A stretch of 64,000 nucleotides of DNA, from positions 1,248,001 to 1,312,000 of the forward strand of contig CAVXVB010000009.1 in the NCBI GenBank assembly GCA_963765205.1. The letters run 5' to 3'. The notes under the pieces are model-generated. The model did not search any database. It had not been told where the DNA came from and saw only the letters and a list, made by a program, of their open reading frames with translations. Within the stretch, counting starts at the first letter, position 1, and every line of letters begins with the position of its first letter. Origin of the DNA: an uncultured Verrucomicrobiae bacterium (GTDB lineage: Bacteria; Verrucomicrobiota; Verrucomicrobiia; Opitutales; JABDGR01). The translations under genes were made by a program, and so were the position numbers. Below are positions 48,279-58,369 of this stretch, one piece after another.

Positions 48279-49160
48279 GAGCTTATCCGTAAATAAAAGT
48301 TGTTCGTCTGTAAACAATAAGCGCGCTGGCGAGACAGAGCAAGGCTTCGTGGGAGGCGGCGGTTTTCTCAAACCGCACGAGGAGTTTGCGGTAGCGGTTG
48401 AGCCAGGAAGCGGTGCGTTCCACCACCCAGCGACGGGCTTGGCCGGTGGATCGGCGCGGGGCTGGTTTGGCTCCGCGGGCAGGCACATGCGGACGGTAGC
48501 CGTATTGGCGCATGGTGCGCAGGCCCGGTTTCCCCCAGTAACCCTTGTCGGCACACAAATGGGCCGTGCGCCGGTCGTGGCGCTGGCGCAACGTGCGGCG
48601 CACCAGCGTCACGTCGTGTTCATTGGCCCCGGCGACGATGAGCGACAGCGGGACGCCACGGGCGTCCACCAGCACGCTGCGCTTGCTCCCATTTTTTTCC
48701 CCGGTCGGTGGGGTTGGCTCCCACCGCTTCGCGCGCCAGAGGGGCCTTGACCAGGGAGCCATCGATGCTTTGCCACCGCCACGCGATGCCCTCCAATTCA
48801 TCGTAGTCGGCCAGACCGGCCCGCCACAACGCCTCGAAGAATCCGGCGGCGTGCCACTGCTGAAAGTATTTGTGCACGGAACTGGCGCTGCCATACCGGG
48901 CCTTGGACAGCGCTTTCCACTGGCAACCCGTGCGCAGCACGTAAACCACCGCCTCGAAGATGCGTCGAGGCGCGAGGGCCTTGCGGCCCGCGCCTGCGGC
49001 GCGACGGTAGCGCCCGCCCGCCTTCCGGCCGGCGCGCGCGGGAACCAAAGGCTCGACTTTGGCCCAGAATTCATCAGAGATTTCCCAGGAGGATAGTCGC
49101 GGCATCCCCGCAGTTTATCCCGCCGCCTTCTCAACGCAATCCTTATTTACGGATAAGCTC
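48279..49160 (-). mobile_element. IS5-family insertion sequence, copy 2 (882 bp)
   Basis: Same IRs as copy 1; TAA repeats at 48276-48278 and 49161-49163. Confidence 0.95.
48283..49105 (-). CDS. IS5-family transposase in two frames (probable -1 frameshift)
   Basis: Identical to copy 1 except a C-terminal Cys/Tyr change. Confidence 0.9.
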
Positions 49161-49484
49161 TAAGGAAAACAGTCCCGGAATTTTCGGTATTTGTTGCTCG
49201 GGAATTAGGATGGGAACTTCCGCCCGCACAGAGTAACGTCAAAAAAACAGTCAATAGCCAGCCTGTGACATCAACCGCCTCTTACACTGAGCCAAGTGGT
49301 CAAATAAAGCACTCTTAGAGCGAGCGAGACGGTTCATTTGTAAAAAAGGCCCACCTCAAAACCGGACACTACCCGCTCGACGCCGCAAGATTGCACCGGG
49401 CGAAATAATCTCCACAATGCCGGAGCCTCCCCGCGCGGCTGGTTTGTTTGCAGCCAACCCGCCGGCGCGGTACTTTTTACCACC

Positions 49485-50990
49485 ATGGCCCTGCCGGGAC
49501 TAAAAACACTGCGAAGAATGTTTGGGTTGGACTGGCGCTCGCTGGCGCTCATGCGCATCGGCCTGGCCTTCGTCATCCTGTGCGACCTGTGGGTGAGCGC
49601 CCAAAGCCTGCGGGCTTTTTACAGCGACGACGGCGTGCTGCCGCGCCAGATGGTGCGGGATAATTTTGGGCCGAGTTTCTCCGTGCATATGCTGGGCGGG
49701 AGCGCGGGCTTCGAGGCCGCGCTGTTCGCGCTGGAAGCCGTCTTTGGAGTGATGATGCTGGTGGGCTACCACACGCGCCTGGCGACTGTCTGCTGCTGGT
49801 TCCTGCTGCTCTCGCGTCAAGCGCGCGACCCGCTGGCGTTGTTTGGCGCGGACATGATTGAACACAACGCCATGTTCTGGGCGATGTTTCTGCCGTTAAA
49901 CCGCCGTTTTTCCGTGGACGTTGCGCAAGGGCGCGTAACGCGGCCCGCCGAGCCGGCCTACTTCGGCATGGCGGGCGTCGGTGCCATCGCGCAGTTTTTG
50001 GTCATCTATATGATGAGTTCCGTCTTGAAGACCGGGGCAAATTGGGTGGACCACAGCGCGGTTTCGTTGGCGCTTTCCCTTGACATGTATGCCCGCCCGT
50101 TGGGCCAGTGGCTCAATCAATTCGACGGGCTAACCGCATTCCTGACGGTTTACACGGTCTATCTCGAATTTTACGGTCCCTTGTTGTGCCTTTGCCCGGT
50201 GGCGACGGGATGGGCACGGCTCCTGGCCTGCGCGCTGCTCTGCACGCTGCAATTGGGTTTTGGAATTTGCATGCAAATGGGCTTGTTCTGGGTCGCGATG
50301 AATGTCTTCACGCTCATGCTGCTCCCCGCGGAATTTTGGACGTGGATCGCCCGTCCCGCATGGGAGTTGGGCGCTAAACTTCTGAAAACATCCCCACCGC
50401 GAACGCCGGACGCGTTGCTTTCTCCACCCACGCCGTCTGCGCCGCCCCCTTCCTGGAAACGCGACGCCGCGCGCGGCCTGTGCCTGGCGCGGGATAACGC
50501 GCTGGCGGTGATCATCATCTTCATGATCTTGGACAACCTTAACTATCGCCCAGACAATATGCTGTGGGAACCCTCCGGCTGGCGGACCTTCGCCGCCCAA
50601 GTCGGCCTCGATGGCGGCTACACCATGTTTACGCCGAACCCGCAAACCGACGACGGCTGGTTTGTCCTCGCCGCCCAGTTGTCCAACGGGCGGAGCGTGA
50701 ACCTGCTCAACGGCGCCTCGCCCGCCGTGTTGGACAAACCGGCGGACGTGCCCGCGACTTATATGGACCAGCGCTGGGGCAGTTACTTCTTCAACTTCTT
50801 GTATTCGGACTACGAAAAATACCTCGAAGGCCTGGCGCTTTACGAGGAAAGGCAATGGGATGCGACCCACTCCGGCGGCGAACGATTGCAAAGTTTGCAA
50901 ATTATTTTCATGCACCAAGTCAACGGCCCGCATCACGCCAAGACGGACCCAGCCGCAGTCACCCTGTGGACGGAAAATTTTGGATCCTAG
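49485..50990 (+). CDS. HTTM-domain membrane protein
   Basis: DWRSLALMRIGL, FYSDDGVLPR, VGYHTR, FWAMFLPL..RFSVD, MFTPNP..DDGWFV. Confidence 0.8.
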   Translation: MALPGLKTLRRMFGLDWRSLALMRIGLAFVILCDLWVSAQSLRAFYSDDGVLPRQMVRDNFGPSFSVHMLGGSAGFEAALFALEAVFGVMMLVGYHTRLATVCCWFLLLSRQARDPLALFGADMIEHNAMFWAMFLPLNRRFSVDVAQGRVTRPAEPAYFGMAGVGAIAQFLVIYMMSSVLKTGANWVDHSAVSLALSLDMYARPLGQWLNQFDGLTAFLTVYTVYLEFYGPLLCLCPVATGWARLLACALLCTLQLGFGICMQMGLFWVAMNVFTLMLLPAEFWTWIARPAWELGAKLLKTSPPRTPDALLSPPTPSAPPPSWKRDAARGLCLARDNALAVIIIFMILDNLNYRPDNMLWEPSGWRTFAAQVGLDGGYTMFTPNPQTDDGWFVLAAQLSNGRSVNLLNGASPAVLDKPADVPATYMDQRWGSYFFNFLYSDYEKYLEGLALYEERQWDATHSGGERLQSLQIIFMHQVNGPHHAKTDPAAVTLWTENFGS

Positions 50991-51055
50991 CCGGGTAACG
51001 CGGCGCCCAAGCGGCCCACCCTTTTAAGTCAAAACCGGACATTACATTGTGTTTA

Positions 51056-51131
51056 ACCACGGAGCACGGAAGGCACCGTGGAAAATAATTTCAAATTGAA
51101 GCCCTCCCTATTCTCGGAGTCCTCGATGGTT
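51056..51131. repeat. Degenerate inverted CACGGA-type repeat
   Basis: ACCACGGAGCACGGAAGGCAC ... CTCGGAGTCCTCGATGGT; related units at 36786-36803 and 53369-53420. Confidence 0.45.
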
Positions 51132-51152
51132 CAATTTTCTTTCGTTGAGTGA

Positions 51153-52190
51153 TTACGCCTCCAGCGCAAACTTGATCGCCTCGATGATTTCCCCGGGCGA
51201 GTATTGGTCGAGGTTGCGGCGGCCAAACCCGTGGCGCGACTCATACCAGTGCCGACGCAGGGGCTTTTCCAGCACCCAGGAGTAATCGCCCAGGGGCGTC
51301 CAGCGCCGCGCGGAATTTTCCTGCTCGGGTTCGAGCATGAGGGTGACGGTCCGCGCGCCCATCCCGGCGGCAATGTGCGCCGGGCCGCTGTCGCGCCCGA
51401 AGACGACGGCGGCGTCGCGCAGCAAAAACGCGGTTTCCGCCAAGTCCGTCCTCCCGGCGAAATTATGAATCCTCGGCGCCACCGGCCCCGCATTGGCGAG
51501 GATGGCTGCGGCGGTCGCGTCATCCTTTTCCGCACAAACGAGCACGACTTGGAGCTGGCGCTCGGTGACGAGCCAGTGGGCGATGGGGATGAAATAGTCG
51601 GGCGGGAGGCGCGGCTTGTTGGCGTGCGCGCCGACGTGGAGCGCGGCATAAGCGCCCGCCGCCAAACCGGCGGGCATTTTTTGGGCGAGGCGGTCGAGCG
51701 CGTCGCCATCGGGGGTCAGGTGCGCCTCCAGCTTGGGCGGCGCGGGCACCTCGAGCAATTCGAGCAAATCAAAATTGAAATAGCCTTCGTGTTTGTCGCC
51801 AGTCTTCTTCAAATTCGGGAGCGACTCCGTCAGCCACTTGTCGCTCTTTTCGCGGAAGCCGATGCGGCGGGGAATCTCCGCTGCGGCGGCCGCCCACTCG
51901 ACCTCGGGGTCGGCATGGAGGTGGACAATACACTCTGCCTGCAGGCGGCGCAGTTGGGTGGCGAGCCATTCCATCCGGCGCACCGGATCCGCATGGGCCG
52001 AGGGGGCCAGAAAGCCGGAAAGGGCGGGATGCGAGCGAAACAATGGCTCCATGCGCGATTGCGCGAGCAGATGGATTTCCCACCCAGGCAGCGCCAGCTT
52101 GACCGGCAGGAAGCACGAACTGGTGATGACCACGTCCCCGATGCGGTCAGGTCGAGCTAAAATAATACGCCGTGGGCCGTTAGATTCCAT
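51153..52190 (-). CDS. Glycosyltransferase family 9 (heptosyltransferase-like)
   Basis: RPDRIGDVV, IPRRIGF, AGRTDL, DSGPAHIAAG. Confidence 0.9.
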   Translation of the reverse strand: MESNGPRRIILARPDRIGDVVITSSCFLPVKLALPGWEIHLLAQSRMEPLFRSHPALSGFLAPSAHADPVRRMEWLATQLRRLQAECIVHLHADPEVEWAAAAAEIPRRIGFREKSDKWLTESLPNLKKTGDKHEGYFNFDLLELLEVPAPPKLEAHLTPDGDALDRLAQKMPAGLAAGAYAALHVGAHANKPRLPPDYFIPIAHWLVTERQLQVVLVCAEKDDATAAAILANAGPVAPRIHNFAGRTDLAETAFLLRDAAVVFGRDSGPAHIAAGMGARTVTLMLEPEQENSARRWTPLGDYSWVLEKPLRRHWYESRHGFGRRNLDQYSPGEIIEAIKFALEA

Positions 52191-52402
52191 ATTCAATCCG
52201 GGGTGTTTACCCTATTAAAGCGCGGATGGCCTGCCGACGCAAGAACGGAGCGGTAAAATATGTATGAATATTGGCCTTTAATTCTTATTCAAAAGCCGTT
52301 TGGCGCCAAAGGTTTTGTACCGACGGACGGGATACTTGGCGCGGAAGATGAGCTGCCGGCAACATCCAGGTCATCCCGGCCACCGCGAATTAACTCGGCA
52401 AT

Positions 52403-53362
52403 TCACTTTGCTGGAAATACCGGTGATTGCCTCAAAAACGCAGCGATTTCATCAAGCGACTGGCGGGCTTCGGGAAGGAAGGGGATGAAGGCCTGCCAGA
52501 TATGCGGCAGGCCGGGCCAGACTTTGAGTTGCACCGGCACGCCGGCAGCCTGGGCCTTCGCGGCGAAGCGCACGCTGTCGTCCCGCACAATTTCATGGTC
52601 GCTGGCGTGAATGATCAGCGGGGGCAGGCCGCGCAAATCCGCATAGAGCGGCGAAGCGATGGGGTGCGTCGGTGGCTGGCCGCCGAGATAGAGTCGCGCA
52701 GCGATGGGGAGGCTTTCGCCGTAAAACCAAACATCCGTCAGCGTGTTGCTGAGAATGGACGCCCCGGTGCCCGCCAAATCCGTCCATGGCGACATCAGTG
52801 CGGCCGCGGCGGGCAACGCCTCGCCGGCGTCGCGCAACGTCAGAAGCATGGACAAGAGCAAGCCCCCGCCGGCGGAATCTCCGGCGGCCACAATTTCTTC
52901 CGCCGCGATGCCTTGGTGGCGCAGCCAGCGATAGGCCGCGAGCGCGTCCTCCAAGCCCGCGGGGAAGGGGTGTTCAGGCGCAAGGCGGTAATCAGGGACG
53001 CACACGCGCGCAGGCAGGTGCCGCGCGAAAAACGTGGTGATGGTGCGGTGCGTGCGCGGTGAACAGAGCAGATAGCCGCCGCCATGCAGGTAGAGCATCG
53101 TCAAGCGCGGGTGGGCGCCGAGCGGCTCGATCCATTCTGCCGGGACCGGCGCGCCCGCCGCTCTTGTGATACGCAGTCCCACGCGGCGATGCGGCAGAAG
53201 AGGGTCGAGGCCGCGGGTGAAAATCCGCAGTCCTTTGACATAAATCCCGGCGCCGGCCAAGCGGTCTATCGCGGTGTGCCGGCGCTTGCAGGAGCGCAGG
53301 ACAAAGGAAAGGGCGCGGGCCTGCCAACTGGCCTGGTGCGGTGGGGCGGAAGCGTGAGCCAT
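52403..53362 (-). CDS. Alpha/beta hydrolase (HSL-type esterase)
   Basis: HGGGY, DYRLAPEHPFPA, GDSAGG, SPWTD. Confidence 0.92.
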   Translation of the reverse strand: MAHASAPPHQASWQARALSFVLRSCKRRHTAIDRLAGAGIYVKGLRIFTRGLDPLLPHRRVGLRITRAAGAPVPAEWIEPLGAHPRLTMLYLHGGGYLLCSPRTHRTITTFFARHLPARVCVPDYRLAPEHPFPAGLEDALAAYRWLRHQGIAAEEIVAAGDSAGGGLLLSMLLTLRDAGEALPAAAALMSPWTDLAGTGASILSNTLTDVWFYGESLPIAARLYLGGQPPTHPIASPLYADLRGLPPLIIHASDHEIVRDDSVRFAAKAQAAGVPVQLKVWPGLPHIWQAFIPFLPEARQSLDEIAAFLRQSPVFPAK

Positions 53363-53456
53363 TTTTTACCACGGATTATACGCTGGCAAACGGCTGGTGC
53401 AATCCGTGCTATCCATGGTTGGCTTGGACGCCTGGCCTCGCCCCAAAGAAAGATGC

Positions 53457-54653
53457 TTACAACTTCCGTACCGCGTAGGCCATCGCCTCGGCGATTTTGG
53501 CGAGATCCTCCTCCGTATGGCAGGCGGAGATGGCGGTGCGGACGAGGTCCTTGCCGGGGGGCACGGCGGGGGCGATAGACATCACGGTGAAAACACCGCG
53601 CTCCATCAGGTGTTGCCAGAACCGGTAGGCGCGCTCCTTGGTGCCGAGTACGATGGGGACGGCGGGGGTTTCGCTGCCCCAGGTGTCGAGTTTAAGCTCG
53701 TGGAGGATTTGCTTGTAGCGGCGGGTGTTGTGCCAGAGGCGGAGCAGGTGCTCCGGTTCGTCGCGCAAGAGTTCGAGCGCAGTTTCAGCGGCGTAGGCTT
53801 GGGCGGGCGCAAGGGCGGCGCTAAAGATGGTCTGCTTGGAATGGGAGCGCAGGTATTCGATGACCTCGCGGGAACCGGCCACAAAGCCGCCCGTGCTGGC
53901 GAGGGCTTTGGAAAAACTGCCGGCCATGAGGTCCACCGCATCCGTCACGCCGAAATGATTGGCGGTGCCGCGGCCTTCCTGGCCGAGGACGCCAAAGCCA
54001 TGGGCGTCATCCATGACGAGGAAGCAATTTTGGTCCTGGCTGGCGGCGATGATTTCGGGGATGGGCGCAATGTGGCCCTCCATCGAGTAAACGCCCTCAA
54101 AGGCGATGATCTTGGGCGTTTCGGGGGCTTCGTAGGAAAGTAATTCGCGGAGGCTGGCGGGGTTGTTGTGGGCGAAGCGCTCGGCGCGCGCCTGCGTCAG
54201 CCCGATGCCCGCCCAAATCGAGGAATGGAGGTTTTTGTCGCCGAGGACGACGTCGCCCTTTTGGGCAAAGGCCTGGATGGCGGACATGCAGGAGATGTAG
54301 CCGGCGACGGAAATATGGCAGGCCTCCTTGCCGAGGAAGGCGGCGAGCTTTTCCTCGATGCGCTGGTGGTAGGAGCGACTGCCATTGGACAGGCGGGCGC
54401 CGGTGCTGCTGGTGCCCCATTCGGCGAGGGCGCGCTGGGCGGCGGCGATGACTTTGGGATGGTGCGTGAGGCCGAGGTAATCGTTGCTGCTGAGCATGAT
54501 CATCTCCCGCCCGTCGAGCCACACATGGGTGCCCACCTGGCGGTCAAACGTGTGATAATACGGCTTGTAGCGCAGGCGCAGGCGCGTGGCCTCGTCCTCG
54601 CGGCAGCGGTTGGCAATGGCGTTGCCGGTGTAGGCGGTAAACAAGGAGATCAT
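53457..54653 (-). CDS. PLP-dependent alpha-oxoamine synthase (serine palmitoyltransferase/BioF family)
   Basis: SSNDYLGL, GARLSNG, EGVYSMEG, DDAHGFGVLG, GSFSKALAS. Confidence 0.88.
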   Translation of the reverse strand: MISLFTAYTGNAIANRCREDEATRLRLRYKPYYHTFDRQVGTHVWLDGREMIMLSSNDYLGLTHHPKVIAAAQRALAEWGTSSTGARLSNGSRSYHQRIEEKLAAFLGKEACHISVAGYISCMSAIQAFAQKGDVVLGDKNLHSSIWAGIGLTQARAERFAHNNPASLRELLSYEAPETPKIIAFEGVYSMEGHIAPIPEIIAASQDQNCFLVMDDAHGFGVLGQEGRGTANHFGVTDAVDLMAGSFSKALASTGGFVAGSREVIEYLRSHSKQTIFSAALAPAQAYAAETALELLRDEPEHLLRLWHNTRRYKQILHELKLDTWGSETPAVPIVLGTKERAYRFWQHLMERGVFTVMSIAPAVPPGKDLVRTAISACHTEEDLAKIAEAMAYAVRKL

Positions 54654-55032
54654 GGAACATGGCATCCCCAGTCGGGTGAAAGAGGAAGCGATTTAACCAA
54701 GCGCATATAAACGATTTCCCGATTTGCGTGAAGCTAATTTTTTGGCGGGGAAGTGACGGTGGTTTGCGCCATTATAGCAAGGCGCGTTCCAAAATTCCAA
54801 TTTCGGTCTGGGTAAACGCGGTCGGTGACAATGAACCCACCGGAATTAGATGACATGGGGCGGTCAACGTGAGGTACGAAACCTGCACATTGACCGCCCC
54901 ATGTCATCTTTTGGCCGCTTTTTGCCCCTTCTCTCGAATGGCGCACTGTTTGCGCGCAATAATTCTTCTTGAGCTTAACCGGCAAATTGCCTCCAATGAT
55001 TTCGTCCGACAGACCAGCCTAAAAAAATTGGC

Positions 55033-55047
55033 TGGCACAACCATTGT
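55033..55047 (+). promoter_or_regulatory. Possible sigma-54 promoter
   Basis: TGGCAC-AACCA-TTGT versus consensus TGGCAC-N5-TTGC, 18 bp before ATG 55066. Confidence 0.35.
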
Positions 55048-55065
55048 CGGACAAAACCAAAGACC

Positions 55066-55332
55066 ATGAAAACAATAGCACTAAAAAACGGAATGGTGAT
55101 CTTCGTTGAGCAGATTGCCTTCATTCACATCCAACCCTCTGCCGCCAAAGAAGGGATTGCGACACTAGAAATCCATGTTCACTTCTCCGCAGCGTTGAAC
55201 GGACCAAAGGGCAGCCGATCCATGCGGGCAGTCATCGGCGCAGATTACACCCAGGATTTCATTGACCAACTTGAAAAATATGGCGTGGATTGCAGCCATA
55301 TGCGTCGCTGTCTGTCAGGCTCGAAAAAATAA
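55066..55332 (+). CDS. Small hypothetical protein
   Basis: 88-aa ATG ORF with protein-like composition in a long intergenic gap. Confidence 0.55.
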   Translation: MKTIALKNGMVIFVEQIAFIHIQPSAAKEGIATLEIHVHFSAALNGPKGSRSMRAVIGADYTQDFIDQLEKYGVDCSHMRRCLSGSKK

Positions 55333-55624
55333 TTTCACTACAAAATGCCGTTTTACTACTGAACCGAAAGAGGGGCTAGCAGAGGTCAGGTTTCAAGTTA
55401 TGTATTTGATTGGACGGGCTTCGCCACTCCCTTTCGCAGCCCGGCACCCCCAAAAAGCTCAACTGAGATCAGTTTGCCGGCCGCAAGGTTGAGAATGGCC
55501 AAACTTCTTGGAACTTTCAGTCCCTTACCCCGGTTTAACCGTTTGATTAACCGCCGAGGCGACCCGGCGGGGTGCCGTGGTTAGCCGCTTGCCAGCGAAC
55601 CATTTCCCACTATCGTCCTGACTT

Positions 55625-58369
55625 ATGGATCACCTGCGCACGGGCCACCCCACCCTGCCCACGCCGCGATTACGCCGGCTGGCGGTGGCTATTCTAAGCC
55701 TCGCCCTGCTCGCAGCGCCGGCCTTGCGCGCGGACCCCGCGGATGACGCCGAAAAGAAATTGCTCGCGGGGGATTACGCCGGAGCCGCTGCCGACGCCCA
55801 AAAGGCCATCAAGTCCTCCTACGCTTCCGAGGCCCTGGCGCGGGTCGAGGTCGAGGCGCTTCTCACCGAAGGCCACTACAACGAAGCCTACTCGGCGGCG
55901 AAAGCAGGCATCGAATACGCGCCGCAGAGCATCCGCCTGCACCTGCTCCTGCACGAGGCCTGCCTCTATACAGACAAGCCCAACGAGGCCGCGCAGGCGC
56001 TGACGGCGATTGACGACATCCTCAACACCCTCGCCAACCAGCAGCAATACTCGCCCACCCCGTTGCCCGCGCAAATCCTCGCCGACGCGGGCGCGGCGGC
56101 CCTGGTGCAGATGAATGACCCGCAGCAAAAGCTCGACCCGAAAGTCATTCTCGAACGCTTCCTCGACCCCGCGCAACAGGCCACCCCGCCCGTGCGCGAC
56201 GCCTTTCTGGCCGCGGGCCAACTCGAATTGGACAAGCATGATTATGACCTGGCCTCGCAAAGTTTTGGGAACGGCTTGAAGGCCTTCCCCAACGATCCGG
56301 ACATGCTCGCGGGCCTGGCCGCTGCTTTCCGGGACAGCGACCGCGAGCAGTTCGCCGACAACGCCACGAAGGCGCTCGCGGCTAACCCGAATCATGTCCC
56401 CACCCTGTTGCTGGAGGCGGAAAACCTGATTGACGCCGAGTCCTTCGACCAGGCGGGCGACACGCTCGACCACATCCTCTCCATCAACCCCAACCAGTCC
56501 GAGGCGCTCGCGCTCAAGGCCGTCATCGCTTACCTGCATAACCCGCCCGACCAGGCCACCACCAACGCCGAAGCCTACCGCGACAAGGCGCTGGCCCTGT
56601 GGAAAACCAACCCGCAGGTGGATTACATCATCGGCCAGAAACTCTCGCAAAATTACCGTTTCACCCTCGGCGCCGAACACGAAAAGCTCGCGCTCGCCAA
56701 CGACCCGCAGTTCACGCCCGCCCGCGTGCAACTCGCGCAGGACTTGCTGCGGCTGGGCCGGGAGGACGAAGGCTGGACCATGGCCGCGCAGGCGCACCAG
56801 GACGACGGCTACGATATCGAGGCCTTCAACCTCGTCACCCTGCACGACGAAATCGCCCAATATACGACCATCACCACCAACCCCCATTTCCGGCTCGTGA
56901 TGGAGCCGCAGGAGGCGAGCGTGTATGGCGCCAAGGTGCTCGACCTGCTCGAACGCGCGCGCGCGACCGTGGCCAAAAAATACGGCCTCGACCTGAACTT
57001 CCCCGTGCTCGTCGAAATTTTTCCCAACACGGCCGATTTTTCCGTGCGCACCTTCGGGATGCCCGACATTGGCGAATTCCTCGGCGTCACCTTCGGCCCC
57101 GTCGTCACCCTCAACGCCCCGAATGCCGGCCAGGGCAATTGGGAGGATGTGCTCTGGCATGAATTCACCCACGTCGTCTCCCTCACGATCACCAAAAATC
57201 AAATGCCGCGCTGGCTCAGCGAGGGCATTTCGGTTTACGAGGAAGGCCAGGCCAGCCCGGCTTGGGGCGAGCACCTGACGCCGGACGCGCGCGAGCGTAT
57301 CCTCGCCGGCAAGATGCAGCCCATCAGCAACATGAGCGCCGCGTTCCTCCAGGCCAAGGACATGCATGACACCGAGTTCGCCTATTTCGAGTCCATGCTG
57401 GTCGTGCAATTTCTCATCGAGCACTACGGCTTCGACCACCTTGTCGCACTGCTGCACTCCATCGGCGACGGGATACTCATCAACGACGCTTTCGAGAAAA
57501 ATTTCGCCCCGCTCAATCAACTTGACGTCCAATTCGCCCAATACGCCACCGACCTGGCGAAAAAATACGCCCCGGATTGGGACTTCACGCCGCCCAATGC
57601 GGACGCAGGAGCCTTGGCCGGGCTGGCAAACCTCCTGCCGCCTGACATTGCGAACAAGCTCACCGCTCCGACCGCAACCACGCCAGCCGCGCCCAAATCT
57701 GCGGCATCCAACTCGAAGAATTTCTTCACGCGCCTGCAACAAGTCCAAGACTTGGTGGACCAGGAGGAGTGGGCGAAGGCACGCGACCAGCTCAAGGAAC
57801 TGAGCGCCTCCGATTTCTATTTGCCCGGGCCGGACAATCCCTACCTCTTGCTGGCCCAGGTCTGCGGCAAACTCAATGACACCGCCGGCGAGAAGGCGGC
57901 ACTGCTCACGGTCGCCGCGCATGAAGGCGATTCGATGCCCGCCGCCAGCCGCCTGCTCGAAATCGCCCAGAGCGAGAAAGACTGGCCCAATGTCGTCAAG
58001 TGGGGCGAAGCCACCCTCGCCATCCATCCCCTGGCGCCCACCGCCTGGCGCGCGCTCCTCGACGCGCATGAGCAACGCGGCGAAAATGCCGCCGGCATTG
58101 AAGCCGGCCTGGCCTTGATCGCCCTCGAACAGCCCGACCTGGCCTCGTTGAATTTCCGCGTCGCCAAAATGATGCAGCCGACGGACGTTGACAACGCGCG
58201 CCGCCATGTGTTGCAGGTGCTGGAAGACGCCCCGCGCTTCCGCGCCGCTTATGATTTGCTTGCCGCGCTGCCACCCACGCCGTCCGCCGTGCCCGCGCCC
58301 AGCCCCGCGCCCACACCAGCGCCTGCGGCAACTTCCACCACCCCTCCTTCCACCCCCGCCGCGCCATGA
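55625..58369 (+). CDS. Secreted TPR protein with zincin (peptidase MA-like) domain
   Basis: Signal peptide, TPR-like helices, HEFTH...PRWLSEG motif. Confidence 0.85.
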   Translation: MDHLRTGHPTLPTPRLRRLAVAILSLALLAAPALRADPADDAEKKLLAGDYAGAAADAQKAIKSSYASEALARVEVEALLTEGHYNEAYSAAKAGIEYAPQSIRLHLLLHEACLYTDKPNEAAQALTAIDDILNTLANQQQYSPTPLPAQILADAGAAALVQMNDPQQKLDPKVILERFLDPAQQATPPVRDAFLAAGQLELDKHDYDLASQSFGNGLKAFPNDPDMLAGLAAAFRDSDREQFADNATKALAANPNHVPTLLLEAENLIDAESFDQAGDTLDHILSINPNQSEALALKAVIAYLHNPPDQATTNAEAYRDKALALWKTNPQVDYIIGQKLSQNYRFTLGAEHEKLALANDPQFTPARVQLAQDLLRLGREDEGWTMAAQAHQDDGYDIEAFNLVTLHDEIAQYTTITTNPHFRLVMEPQEASVYGAKVLDLLERARATVAKKYGLDLNFPVLVEIFPNTADFSVRTFGMPDIGEFLGVTFGPVVTLNAPNAGQGNWEDVLWHEFTHVVSLTITKNQMPRWLSEGISVYEEGQASPAWGEHLTPDARERILAGKMQPISNMSAAFLQAKDMHDTEFAYFESMLVVQFLIEHYGFDHLVALLHSIGDGILINDAFEKNFAPLNQLDVQFAQYATDLAKKYAPDWDFTPPNADAGALAGLANLLPPDIANKLTAPTATTPAAPKSAASNSKNFFTRLQQVQDLVDQEEWAKARDQLKELSASDFYLPGPDNPYLLLAQVCGKLNDTAGEKAALLTVAAHEGDSMPAASRLLEIAQSEKDWPNVVKWGEATLAIHPLAPTAWRALLDAHEQRGENAAGIEAGLALIALEQPDLASLNFRVAKMMQPTDVDNARRHVLQVLEDAPRFRAAYDLLAALPPTPSAVPAPSPAPTPAPAATSTTPPSTPAAP

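Larger units (their letters stand above)
47396..49373. mobile_element. Internally deleted IS1-family element with passenger genes and a nested IS5 copy
   Basis: IRs GGTAGTGTCCGGTTTTGAG-N7/8-TTTTTACAAATG (47396-47433; 49335-49373); 8-bp target duplication CGCTCGAC (47388-47395; 49374-49381). Confidence 0.9.
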
